This document shows positions 24,019 to 37,700 of a DNA stretch of 64,000 nt, piece by piece (position 1 is the stretch's first letter; each line of letters starts with the position of its first letter). Origin of the DNA: Azolla caroliniana (lineage: Eukaryota > Plantae > Polypodiophyta); the NCBI GenBank assembly GCA_043228905.1, contig JBHGNT010000002.1:12772001-12836000 (forward strand), in the 5' to 3' direction. A model generated the notes under the pieces. The model searched no databases. It was not told the origin of the DNA and worked only from the letters and a program-made list of their open reading frames with translations. Both the position numbers and the translations under genes were made by a program.

Positions 24019-27000
24019 TGTAGGTATTAGCGCGGAATATTGCACGCCCACAACCGAGTCTTGAATCACTTGTATGAGAATAAAGAACACAAAAATGGGA
24101 AATGGACAGTACACAAAGGAAATACACATAATGTTTACGTGGAAAACCCAAATAGGGAAAAACCACGGGAGCCCACAGACTCCAACTATCACTATGGGAG
24201 AAAGGTACAATCAGAGCCTCGGAGGCAATGACCTCGAGCTCTGTATATTCGCCAATCGGCAGTTACAACAAAGTATTTCTCTGTATCTCACACTCTCTCT
24301 CTATCGCTCTCTCTGTACAACAATTACAACAGTATGACAACTACAACCTTACAAAGTGATTGTCCTAAGTCATATTTATACTTATATGAACTTTGGGCTA
24401 TTTACAAATATAGCCTCAATAGGCTTGCTCAAAACATATTTACAAATATGTCTTCTCTTTCGGTTCTCACCGGGTCCTCTTTATTCATCACCCGATCCCA
24501 TCCAGAGAGACCGATTTCCCAACAATCTCCCCCTTCACTCCGGCATGGGATGTCTCGTCAACCCAATCCGCTTTCGGCACGCATCTAGCTTGTCGGTTGT
24601 CAGCACCTTGGTTAGCATGTCCGACCCGTTCTCCTTCATGTGGATGTTCATCAGCACGAACTCTTGATCTTCTACTCTCTCCCGGATCCAGTGGTATCTT
24701 CGCTAGATATGTTTCATCCGGGAATGGTAGGCCGCGTTCTTTGCAAGGTGGATGGCACTTTGACTGTCGCAATAGAGTCGGTATTCCTCCTATTGGATTC
24801 CTAGCTCTCCGATGAAGTTCTTCATCCAAATTATCTCCTTGCCGGCTTCTACAGGTGCCATGTACTCCGCCTCCGTGGTTGACAATGCAACTGTCTTCTG
24901 CAGCCTCGACTACTAGGAAACAACTCCTCTTGCATAGGTCATGACATATCCGGATGTAGACCAGCTAGTATCCGCATCAACCGACATATCCGAATCCGTG
25001 AATCCGTCAAGTTGGGGATTACCGGAGGCACATACTCGTGGTGCCCTTCAAATACCGGAGTATCCACTTGACCGCGTTCCAGTGCTCTCTACCAAGATTG
25101 CTCATGAACCGGCTACCACTCCGACTGCATACCATCACATACATCAAGCTTCCGACGATAGAGGCATATGGAATCTTCATCATATCCGCCTTCTTTGCCT
25201 TTTTCCTCGGGCTTTGTTTTCCGGATAGCTTGCAGTTTGCCGAAAGTGTCGATCCGACCGGTTCGCGTCTGACATGTTCAACCGTTGAAGCACCTTTGTC
25301 ACATACTTCTCCTGTGACAACAACAACAGCTTCTTTGACCGGTCCCGGATATTGTGCATTCCCAATATCTGTCTTGCCGGCCCCAAGTCTTTCATTGAGA
25401 AGGTCCGGTTCAAAGCCTTCTTCAGCATATCATCCACATATAGGAGGAGTATCAGGAAGTCTCCTCCGTCAAATTTCTTCACAAACACGCAGTGATCAGC
25501 CTACGTCTTGTGGTACCCTTGGTCAGTCATGAAGGAGTTGAACCTCCGGTACCATTGCCGGGGAGCTTGCTTTAGTCTGTATAGGCTCTTCTTCAGCCGG
25601 CACACTAGATGCTCCTTCCCTTTCTTCTCAAATCCTTCCGGTTGATGCATGTAGATCTCCTCTTCGAGGTCACCATGGAGGAATGTCGTCTTCACGTCCA
25701 GTTGCTCTACCTCGAGGTCCATGCTTGTCGTAATGCCCAATACCATCTGGATGGATGTCATCTTTACTACCGGGGCAAAGATCTCGTTGAAATCTACTCC
25801 CTTCTTTTGCTGGAACCCCTTCACCACGATCCCGGCTTTGTATCTCGGTGGGTTTCCGACATCTCCTAGTTTCAACTTGTACACCCACTTGTTCTGGAGT
25901 GCTCTCTTCCCTTTTGGCAACTCCGTCAGTTCATATGTGTGGCACTCAACTACTTGCAGTTGTGGGTGTCTCTCTTTGCTTCTTCGAAGCTTTCCGGCTC
26001 CCCCTCATCGGTTAGCAACACATGCTGTCCATCCGGAAATCTCCGGGGGGCTCTTCTCTCTCGGAGAGGATATCTCCACCCTTGGTTTCCGACTACGAGT
26101 TCCTCCGTCTGTTCCGAATCCGAATCCAAATCTGATTTGGGATCTTGTCTGGTTCCGGTGTCTCCTCCTTCTTCTCCTTCTTCTTCTTCTTTGGTTGGTT
26201 CGGTTTCTTGTCTGTAACCGGCCGGTTCGTCGAGTGTCATCTGGTTACCGTCTAACATCCAGATTTCATCTGGGTATATCTTTTTGTCCTCAAGCTGGTT
26301 TTCATTGGATGATCCAGAGTTCGTCACCTTCTTCTCCGACTCCTAGTCGACAATGGTCCTGTCTTCCATGAAGACTATGAGTCGACTCTGGAACACCTTT
26401 TTGTCGACCGAATCCCACACCCGGTAACCGAACTCATCATCTCCGTATCCAAGGATTATGCATGGACAGGACTTCAGATCTAGCTTAGCTCTCTTGTCTT
26501 TCGCCACATGTACGTATGCAAGACACCCAAACACCTTCAGATGCCGGTGAGATACATCTTTACCGGTCCAAACTTTCTAATGTGAGTCTCCTTCCAAGGG
26601 TATTGAGGGTGATCTATTTATCACATAGGTCATTGTCATCAGCGCCTCAGCCCAAAATGTCTTGGGTAACTTTGCATGTGCTAGCATGCTCCAGACCATC
26701 TCCATTATGGTCCGGTTCATCTATTCGGCCAACCCATTCAATTCCGGCGTCTTCGGCACGGTAAATTCGAGCCGGATTCCCTTCGACCGGCAGTACTCCT
26801 CGAACTGCCCCTAATATTCTCCTCCGTTATCTGCTCGAACCGCCTTTAGCTTCCAACTGGTTTCTCTTTCCACTCTCACGTGGAGTTCCTTGAATACGGA
26901 TAGCACCTGATCCTTCGTCTTCAACGGTGACACTCACAACTTCCGGTTGTGGTCTTCTATAAACCTCACGAAGTATTGCGCTCCACCATGTGACTTCGTG

Positions 27001-29661
27001 TCCACTTGACACACATCGATATGCATCGACTCCAGTGGTGCATTCCGTCTCATCGGTGGCCTTGACCAGAAGGAGGTTTGGTTTTGCTTGTCGGCCAAGC
27101 AATCGGTGCACTTCTCAAGCTGCACTTCCTTCACCGAAATGAGGTTGTCTTCGGCAAGCCTCTTCATCCCCTTCTCACTCATGTGACACAGTCTTCTGTG
27201 CCACCACTCACCGGTAATGTGGAACGCTACATTCACTTCTTCCCGGCATATCCGAGCATTCATCAAGTACAAAGTGTTGACCTTCCGGGCTCGGGCCACG
27301 GTCAAGCTTCTCGTTCCAGATGCTACCCGTGTAGCCTTCATCATCTAGCTGGTCGGCTGAGATGAAGTTCAGTTGAACCTCCAGAACGTGTCAGACATTC
27401 TTCAGTAGCAACTTGCATCTGGTTGATGTCGTCAACAACACGTCTCCTATGCCGATAATTCCGAATGTCCCTTCATTCCCCATCTGGACACAACCATGAT
27501 CACCGGCTGTGTAGGTTGAGAAGCATCTCCGGTCCAGTGTCAGGTGGAACGACGCTTTGGAATCGACAACCCACGTTGTCTCGTCGTCAACAAGGTTTAA
27601 CTCATTCTCTTCCGTCATGAGCATCAGTTCTTCTTCACTTTTCATGATCACTCACATTCCTTTCCGATCCAGGCCTCTCCGGTCCGAACCGTTTCGGTCC
27701 GAACTCTTCTTCGAATCGGTGGTGCCGGTTTCCTTCTCTTTCCGGAAATGTCGACAGTTCTTCTAGAAGTGTCTCTGCTTCCCGCAATAGAAGCATGTGG
27801 GCCTCCCCCTTGACTTCGACCTCGTCCCCGATTTGTCCCGGTTTTGGGGACTCCGATACCGGTTTGTTCCTCGGTTGTGGTCATCTTCCGTGACCAAGGC
27901 CTTCAGATCGGTTCCGGACTACCGGTCCTTCCGGCGATCTTCTTCATCTAGCAAGCTTGATTTTACCCTTGCTAGGGACAACTGTTTTCCTTCCGGCCCA
28001 GCGTTGCCCAACATGACAACTAACGTCTCCCAGCTATCCTAGAGGGAACCAAGCAGGAGGAATGCGAGTACCTCATCGGCGAGCGGTACTTCCAACGAGG
28101 TTGCTTGATGTATCAGCCCTTGGAAGGCATTCATGTGATCCGCCATATAGGAGTCGTCCTGGTACCGGAGCCTCACTAGCTTCCGGAATACCAAAACCCG
28201 ATTGACAACATTCTTGTTCTGGAACATGATGTCGATCTTCTCACAGAGTTCATGAGCCTTGCTCTCTTGATTGAAGTTGTTGTACAAGCTCATGTCGATG
28301 AAGCACCGAATATACGTCATCGTCTTCATGTGCATCACCTCCCATGTCGCGGCATCGATCTTATCTGGTCTCTTTTCCTTGAACTGAACCAGCAACCAAA
28401 GATCTTTGATCGCCAACATATCCCTCATCTTCGACTTCCACACTGAGTAGTTGGAGCCGGTGAGCTTGAACATGCCACCGAACGATTATGCCATTTCTGT
28501 TGGGATTACGGTCCCTTTCGGATGGGATGGTCGGATGTCGGAGATGAATGCCGGATGACGGAACCGGATGATGAAGACCCCGGTTTCGGAGCCGGATGAC
28601 GAATGTACCCGGAGAGAGATCCGGATGCGGGGACATATCCGTGAATATGTTTGCTAAGGGCCCTTGAGGCTATAGTTGTAAATAGCCCGAAGTCATATGT
28701 GTATAAATATGACTTAGGGCAAACAGTTTTATAGCTGCTGATCATTTTTCTGTTTTTTCACTCAAGAGGAGTGAAGAGGGAGCAGCCGTGAGAGAGAGTG
28801 AGAGCGAGAGAGAGAGAGCGTGAGAGAGGAAGAGGACGACGCCTCTGTGTATTTCCGCCGCCTGTGGCGAGGACAGCGAGCTCAAGGTCGTCGCCTTGCA
28901 GCTCGCCATTGTATACTTCTCTTTGTATAGTGTTGGTTTGGAGTCTTGTACTCCCGTGGTTTTTCCCATCTAGGGTTTTCCACGTTAATCCCTGTGTATT
29001 CGTGTGTTTCTCTCTGTGGTTCCTATTTTCTGCTGCATTGATTCGCGATTACTCGGTTGTGGCCGAGTGGTGAAGGTGAATCGAAGCGTCGATTCCCAAC
29101 AATTTCCTGTGTTGTTCGCTCTCATACCAATTGTAGAGTATTAGCGCAAAATATTGCTCAGCCACAACCGAGTCTTGAATCACTTGTATGAGAATGAAGA
29201 ACACAGAAATGAGAAATGGAGATTACACAAAGGAAATGTACAGAATGTTTACGTGGAAAACCCAAATAGGGAAAAACCACGGGAGCCCACGAACTCCAAC
29301 TATCACTATGTGAGAAAGGTACAATCCGAGCCTCGGAGGCAACGACCTCGAGCTCTATATCTTCGCCAACCGGCGGTTACAACAGAGTATCTCTATATAT
29401 CTCACACTCTCTCTCTTTGTCGATCTCTCTATACAACAGTTACAACAGTATGACCACTACAACCTTACAAAGTGATTGTCCTAAGTCATATTTATACTTA
29501 TATGAACTTTGGGCTATTTACAAATATAGCCTCAATAGGCTTGCTCAAAACATATTTACAGATATGTCTTCTATTCCGGTTCTCACCGACTCTTTTCCGG
29601 TTCTCACCGGGTCCTCTTTATTCATCACCGGATCCCATCCGGAGAGACCGATTTCCCAACA
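24019..29661 (-). mobile_element. Ty1/Copia element F, degenerate, related to A and D
   Basis: LTRs 24019-24524 and 29132-29661; TSD CTTAT; mutated Met PBS 29118-29129; PPT 24525-24537; fragmented gag-pol 24535-28494. Confidence 0.95.
28498..29101 (+). mobile_element. Solo LTR (G) of the element-A family
   Basis: TG...CA ends, reverse complement similar to the A LTR, perfect TSD ATTTC. Confidence 0.93.
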
Positions 29662-31715
29662 CTTATCATGAATTTCATAGTTGATTTCGGCGGGGTCAAA
29701 CTTGAGTGAGTGGAAAGCCACAAGATGTAGCTTTTCATCATTACCTTGTTGTGACAGAATGCTACCCAATGCGAAATCCAACGCATCCGCTTCCATGATG
29801 AATGCTTTTTCCGGATCAACATGAGCTAGAATAGGAGCCGATGTAAATGCCTTCTTAAGATTCTCAAAAGCCATGTCCGCTTCTTTAGACCAAATGAACA
29901 ATTGTCCCTTCTTAATAAGTTGTGTGAGAGGCAGAACAAGCTTTGAGTAATCCTGTATAAACTTGCGGTAGAAATTGGCATAGCCTAAAAAGCATTGCAC
30001 ATCTCGCAACGAGTTTTCCACTCTACCACCGTTTTGACCTTAGCTGGATCCATGGAGATGCCTTCCGAGGAGATGACATAGCCCAGAAATTCCACCTGGT
30101 TGCACCCGAAACTACATTTTTCCAGCTTTGCATAAAGACCATGTTCTCGAAGTCATTTTAGTACTAACAGTACATGAGAATCATGTTCTTCTTGGGTCTT
30201 CGAATAAACCAGTAGATCATCCAAATAGATGATCAAACAAACATCCAAGAGATCTCAGAATATATCATTTGCCATGTGCTAGAAGACTGATGGTGCATTA
30301 GTGAGGCCGAACGGCATGACCGTATAGTTGAATTGCCCATATCTGGTGCGAAACGCAGTCTTCCATTCATCTCCTGGTCGTATTCGTACGAGGTTATATG
30401 CTCCCTGAAAATCAATCTTCATGAAGAACCTTGCACCATTGATCCTCTCTAAAAGACTTGAGATAAGGGGATGTGCATACCTATTTCTGATGGTGACCTT
30501 AGTCAAGCCATGGTAATCTACAGCGTGACGAAGTGATCCATCCTTTTTCTTGACGAAGAAAATGGGTGCACCGACTGGAGATTTCAAATACCGAATGAAA
30601 CCATTTTCCAAATTCTCCTCTATATAGGCTCGAAGGACTTCTAGCTCGGTTGGTGTCAAATTGTACATTGGTCCCCATGGTGGCTCTTTTCCCGGTTGTA
30701 AATTGATGGGGCAATCATACAGTCGATGGTGAGGAAGCGTATTGGCTTGTCCTTTATCGAACACATCGACATAATGTTGATACTTCGTTGGAAGTTGAAC
30801 GGTGGACTCCTCTTTAGTGGTGTAAGAGGGTTTTATTGATATTGCAAAGAGAAACATTTCTTCCTTGCGTCCTTCTTCCCGCAATTGATGTAGCGAAATG
30901 GTTGCAATCTTATGAGTAGATCCTCGGGCTTGTCGATACTAGATTTCTCTTGTTCTCCGATCTATGTCTGGGTTATGTAATTCGAACCATCGTAATCCTA
31001 AAAAAATGGGATGTTGTGGGATACTAATTATATTAAATGATACTACACACGTTAGATATCTAGGACAATATTAACAGGCTCTGACTCTTCTATGATATTT
31101 CCGGAAGCAATGGGACGACCATCAATAACTACTATAGAGGCTAGACACAGGAGTTTTCTGAGAGATATCTTATGAACTTGGGGAAAACTCCTATCCATGA
31201 AGTAAGAATTAGCTTTGGAATCTAGAACTGCTAAGACATGTACTTGAGGGGTGCTTTTAGTACTAACTGTTACTTGGGCTACGAACACATTCCTAACTTG
31301 CTTAGAGGGAATGGAACCACTAATAGGCTGCACAGATCTAGGGTTGTCCAACCAAACGGCTCCTATTTTGGCTGAACTTAGTCGTTTAACTCTTCTTCTA
31401 ACTGACTAAGGACATCAAATTTGTTCGCTAGATTTGGGCTATTAGTACTATTAGTACTATTAGATATTCCTATTGAAATAGACTTGGGTTTAGTACAATT
31501 AGAACTAGCAACTATTTGGTTTATCTGTCTTCTTGGCCTATGGGGACAATTTACTGGAATATACCCTGGTCCACCACAATAAAGACATAGTCGATTTGCT
31601 CGACGTCGTTGCTTTTCTTCTTCCGATAATGGTCCGCGACAACATGTAGTGTCAATCTCCATCGGTGTCAGAGTATTCACTGGACACACATTATATGACT
31701 CCCTCGGAAAAGGTT

Positions 31716-33556
31716 TGTTGAGAGACAAGCTCAACATCGGCTGGATCGGCTGAGCAAGCCGAGGACCGGATCGGTTAGTCCGGACCGGTGCGTAAAACAG
31801 ATGCGTAAACTGGTACACAAACCGGTGCATAACGAAAGGCCGTATTAGTGCGTAAACGGAAAGGCCGTTAGAGAGATATTCCTCGTAAAGGAATAATTTT
31901 GGGAGTGAGTGTCGAGGCTCAGTTATGAGCAGTCAAGTACTGTCAGTACTTGTGTCAGCCCGATTGTCAGGGCTTGTATAAAAGTTCTCACTTAGCACAT
32001 CCTATGTAGAGAGTTAGTATTTTTTAATTGATTTTTTCTCTCTCTATCTCTCCCACGTACTGTGTATATTCAAGCTCTCCATTAAACCTACGTATTTTCT
32101 CTGTGTTCCTTTTCTATTGCTTCCGCACATAATCTTTCACATGGTATCAGAGTGCGAGGGTTGAGAACCTCTGCAACCGACATAGCTTGAAAAGGAAAAC
32201 CAACCGAGAAGAACAAGTAAAACGGATGGATAGAGGCATGGCTACCTCACTTCCGACGGAGAAGCTCGAAAAAACAATTACGCATCTTGGTCCTACAAGA
32301 TGCACCAGTACTTGCTCGGGCATGGTTACTGGAGCTATGTCGACGGAGCAAATGACACAGCACCCAAATCGACACACAAAGATTTCCCGGTGTGGGAACA
32401 GTCGGCGAGCAGATTACTGTATTGCTTCACGTCTTGTGTGGGCGAACAACTATTAAGCTACGTTGGGATGCAAAAACACCGAAGGATGCGTGGGAAATCT
32501 GAAGAAGATCTTCGCCGCGAGCACCACAACCAGGAAGCTTCAGCTCCGACAGGAGTTGAGCAACCTACAACAACGCGATTTGTCGGTGGCTTACTATACC
32601 TCAAAGATCAAGGACATATGTGACTCCTTAGCTTCCATTGATGTGAACATCGAGGAAAGCGAGATGGTCCAGGTCTGTCTCGGGGGTTTGGCGTCGAAGT
32701 TCGGGGCGTTCCAAACTGTTGTGTGTACCCGGGAGAATAGCCGTCCTTTTTCGACTTACAGTCGATGCTCCCGGTAGAGGAGAACCACGTGGGTGCATCA
32801 ACGAGCACGCACACCGACAGCAAGATGCTATACACGGAGGGAGATAGGCCCCGTGGAAGTGGAGGACGAGGCGAGTTGGTGCGCAATGGAGGCGGCTGAC
32901 GAGATCAAGGAAGGAGGCACCGAAATGATGCCGACAACAATTCTAGACCCTCTGGAAACTGGGGGAGTCGAGGCGATGAGAACCGGCAAGGGAAACCCGC
33001 CACAGAATGTTGGTATTGTGGCAAGAAAGGCCATAGGGAGAGTGAGTGCTGGAAAAAGCGCGCCGAGTTGAAGAGGACCGGTTTCGGATCTGGTTGTAGA
33101 CATACCGACAAAGGAAACCGGCAGCGATCGCACTACGCCGAAGGATCCGGAAAAGCCGGAAAAGGGTTTGCCTTCGTGACGAGACACGAAGCAAACTCAA
33201 TGAAGCAGACACCCCGAAATCGGACGAGGTGTGGTACGTTGACTCCGGCACGTCAAATCACATGACGAGCCATAAGGAGTGGTTCTCGTACCTAGAAAAA
33301 CCAATGCAACCGGGAGTAGTCGCAACCGGAGACGACACTCCGCATCCGATTGCGAATGTAGGAGAAGTTCCCCTGAACCATGTCGGGCAGAAAGGGAAAC
33401 TCATGAACATGCTACACGTTCCAACAATCACGAAGAACTTGGTGTCTGTCAGACAAATCGTCGACCAAGGGATGGAGGTCCGGTTTACACACCTCGGGTG
33501 CTTCATCGAGGAAGAAGGCCGAGTTATTGTGCAAGGGCGCAGAGATGGGAGGATGT
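31716..33556 (+). mobile_element. Ty1/Copia element H, 5' part only (LTR 31716-32141, PBS, gag, protease)
   Basis: PBS TGGTATCAGAG at 32142; CWYCGKKGH knuckle; WYVDSGTSNHMT. It stops abruptly after RDGRMF. Confidence 0.88.
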
Positions 33557-33708
33557 TCAGGAGCAGCACAAAAACTCATTTGTTCAGGAGCAGCACAACA
33601 AGATGTTCACGACCAAGTCGATCCTCGTCCAGGAGCAGCACAAAAACTCTGAGATCGACATTGCACCTTCAAAGCTACAACACACGACCAAGTCGATCCT
33701 CGTCCAGG
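33556..33708 (+). repeat. Short imperfect direct repeats upstream of the RING-like pseudogene
   Basis: CAGGAGCAGCACAA occurs three times and CACGACCAAGTCGATCCTCGTCCAGG twice. Confidence 0.85.
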
Positions 33709-34781
33709 TTTGTATCAGTTACATATTAAAAAAACTTTTTTTTTTCCTTTCTGATAATTGTCTTTAACTTTGGTGCCTTTTCATCTTTCCCAAAAATCGA
33801 ATAAGGCGAAGTCATTGGAGTCCCAAAAAAGGATGTCTCGAAGATCTGGGTGTCGCAGCAAGAGTGTTTCTGATTGACAGAATTTCGTAGTACGGTTGAT
33901 TTCTGCCTTTAGTGATGATTAGGGTTTGTGTTTCCCTTAAGTGGTTTAAGGTTTTTTATTACAAGTTTCTGGTTACAAATTTTTAATTACAAATTTCTGA
34001 TTACTGTCGCAATGTGTTGTAATTTTGCACCAATTCTCATGACAAATTCTGATTAGAGTTTCTGATTTTTTAAGTGGTTGATTTTCTGATACATGTTGAA
34101 AAGGATAGGTTACAAATTTTAGATTACTATCTCAAAGTGTTGTAAATTTGCACCAAATTCACATTAAAAATTTTGTTTTTGCACCAATTCTAATTACTGA
34201 TTTTCTATTTCAGGTGGCTCGTTCCTCCCTATCCTAGAGTGCTGAACTTCGCAAAATTTTGCGAGACAAAGGAGCACTTTCACAACATATATGGTTTATC
34301 ACTCGAGGGTATTGACCCTATTGTTCTAACTGATAGATTGATTAGTGATGTAGAGTGGATGGCAGTATATAAAGTGCCTAGAGTGAAAGGCAAGGTCAAG
34401 CTCAAGCATGTACGACTAGACCTGTACGACGACTGCATGAGACTGCACCAGAAAGTACATCAAGAGATCCTGGTCAACAACGAGTTGTCTGTTTCATTTG
34501 CCAGAGCTTTTGCATACAAGTATTGCAAAATAGCGAAGGAATCTCGTGACCTTGAAATGTACAGGGTAGCTTGGGCAATTTATGGTGACGCATCGGAGAA
34601 AGATGTCGGAAGATGGGAGCTTGCACAAAAAAATGGCAAGATTTTGGAGCATGGCAGTTGATGATGCAACTGCCGACTCCCAACAAACCCGCAAGTATAC
34701 GCCACACCGACACACAATGAAAGCCAATGTCGATGATACAGATGAGACATTGATTAACTATATGCTAAAAAATGTCCATGA

Positions 34782-37700
34782 TGTTACAGGCATGACCATA
34801 TAATATCCCGTGGTGAGAATTTGTCGTAGTATTCTATACATGTGGATAAGTGTGACTGTTAAACGAGAGTGCAAAGAAGGAGAGGATTACTTTTAATCCT
34901 CGCGATTGAGACAACCCATTAGGCCAAGTGTGAACTTGCTTGGGGGCCTTGGGTATTGCTATAAATAAGAGGCCTAGCTACCCTCATTTGATCATCTTGT
35001 TGACTACGTCGAGACTCTGTCTTGTGGTGGGTCAACTCTTGTAGCGAGTGCGCCAGCACCAGGTACGACTCGACACCACGATAGTGGTATGGGACGCCGA
35101 TCGAGGCTCGAGTCCGTCTCGATCCCTTCGCTTGGGGGTGGTCGGGTGGATCGGCACCCTTCTTTCTCTCTCTCCTTTCTATCTATCTATCGATATTCTA
35201 TCCTTATCTAATGCTTACATTAGTCTATGTCTCTAACAGTTGGTATCAGAGCTCATTTTCTAATGTTTCTTTTGTTGTCTTTTGTGTTCTTGATTGATGG
35301 CGATCGATCTACGTGCGGTCGGCCTTCATGCAGACAAGGATCAACAAAGGAACTTCGGTAATCTTTCTTGTTTTTTTTGTCTATTTTTTCTTCTCCCATC
35401 TAATCATGTGTATGGTTAATATGTAGATTTTTTTCAATAATTCAATGATGTTGTAGTGGTAATTCATTGGTTGTATAAAATATTTACATATGTGTATGAG
35501 GCCAATACCTCATTTGACGTATATTGAATATGTGATGAGTGTCGTATGCGCACAAGGTTAATACCTCAATTGCGTATTACGTTCACAAACATATGTTACG
35601 TTTGCGTATGAGGTCAATACCTCGATTCATTGTAAATGATATATGTGTTTGGTCTCGTATGCATAAGAGGTCAATACCTCAATTGCGTATTACGATTAAC
35701 CCTTATTTTTTAATGTCTCATGTGCATAGAGGTATATGCCTCAATTACTATCTCGATTACGTCATTTTTGGCTATTAAATATAACGATTTGTTTAATATA
35801 GGCATATGTGGTCACGTGTATACGTAGTTGATCGTATATATGTGATAATATACATATGTGTATATAAGTTATTACGTGATTTTAAATCGAATGTTTTTCT
35901 TTTCGGGGAAAGAATCTTGGTGGCCGTCCTCACATTTTTGTGAGAATAGCGTTGTCACCATCCCTTTTTTATTGTTGAAATCCCTGTTGGTGACTTCGAT
36001 ATTTCGTTACGTGAAGAAACGCCTATAGCCATAATGATGTTGAGTACGTAGGGCTTGACCCACTTCATGTGAGGTCGCTCCTATGACACATGTATCTAAC
36101 ATCCCTCCCTCATTACATGGATACAATGCCACCATGAGATCATTCTTACGAGAGGCATTCGTAATGACGTGACCATGTGATGGGCCACGTGGTGCTACTA
36201 CGAAAAGAGGGCTCATTTGGCTTGACCATTAGGTTGCACTTTGGCGTATGCCATCGTAATTACGAGACTTAATGTTAGGTAACGTACCAACATATTTTGT
36301 AGTAAACAAGGGGGAAATAAGGACTCTTGACATATATGTTTATTTTAAAAAAACATATATGGGCAAATGCCTCACATATCTCTTATACGCATGAAGCATT
36401 AAACATTCAAGAAGAGCAACCTACTTGGTTGGTTTAAGTGTTTAATGCATTTGTTCTCGAGGTCTCGAGTTCAAATATGACCAAGACCATACAACATCGT
36501 TGATACATATGACTATAACACATGTTTAGACTTAAGGTCTAAGTGTACTTCGGGGTCCTCGTAATAGGACTTAAAGAGCCGAAACCACATATGTGGGCAC
36601 ATTTTTTTCGTGTATAAACAATTCATGACGCGAACATACATGGTTGAGCCTCGAGGAGCCACCATGAAAAAATCGATATAGAGATCAAGGAAAGACATTA
36701 AATTCTCACCTCCATGGTTTTTAAAACACCTTTGCGTTACCATAGTAACCTGATCTTGAACCTCATCTCATACGTCTAGAGGGGTATTGACGTGAGATAA
36801 TGATATCGATTAATGTTCGCCCATGATATGTTTACATCACGACATGATGTTATGACTATCTCTCTGACCTTATCCTATTTCTTTGCCAGAAATAATCATT
36901 TAATGGCTCAAAATAACGACCCGATGTCATCCACTCAAGCGGAAGGAACTCAAGGGAATCCTCCTGGACAAATGTCCATTGAGATGTACTTTTCGCAAAT
37001 AACCCAATACCTTAGTTTCACCGCTCAACAGATGACCGAACTTCGGCAATCTCAAAGTGCTCTCGAGGCACGTGTCATTAGTTTACAACGTGAGACTAAT
37101 AGAACTGATGAGCGAGAGCGTGAACCATCGTTTGTCGTTAAGCCATTTACGAGAGAAAAAAAGGAAAGAACCGAAGAAGCAATCTACACGTGGCTAGGCC
37201 GATGGGAGTCTCATTTTGAGCTCTATGCCACGCTAGATAGTACGAAGATTACATATGTCGGACGAGCACTAGGGGGTAAGGCCGCCGCCTGGTGGCGTCG
37301 GCTCCGAACTTTGGGGAAATTGCCCAATACCTGGACAGTTTTGTCACAGTTTTTAAGGGCCATTTTTTGCAACCTTCCTCTCGAACTGAGGCAGCACAAG
37401 CTTAAATGAACCTCTCTAGTAGGAAGTTTTCCTCACTAGAAGACTATGTCCACCATGCTAGAACCCAAATCCAAAAATCAGGTCTAGAAGGGGACAATTG
37501 GTTAATAGCTTGTTTTGTCAATGACATCCCCAATTCGGACTATCACTGGATAGTGCATGATAAGGATCCAAAATCCTTCGAAGAGGCCGTTGAAATAGTT
37601 CTTCGCTATCAACGCACTTCGAAGAAGGACCACAACAAACCCAACGAAGCGCCCGGGACTAAGCAGTCGCAATTCGCTGGGAAACACAAGACACCCAACG

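Larger units (their letters stand above)
17677..31715 (-). mobile_element. Ty3/Gypsy chromovirus E (Tcn1-like by inference), 5' end lost; interrupted by D and F and cut off at H
   Basis: 3' LTR 17677-18169 (TGTCAT...ATGACA); PPT 18170-18183. Chromodomain EYEVAAILDSK...WLGYS...TWEP continues across D to LHRQYPDKPGP. IN, RH (NYEIHDK|ELLAI), RT, PR and a gag CCHC-like knuckle are present. Confidence 0.9.
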
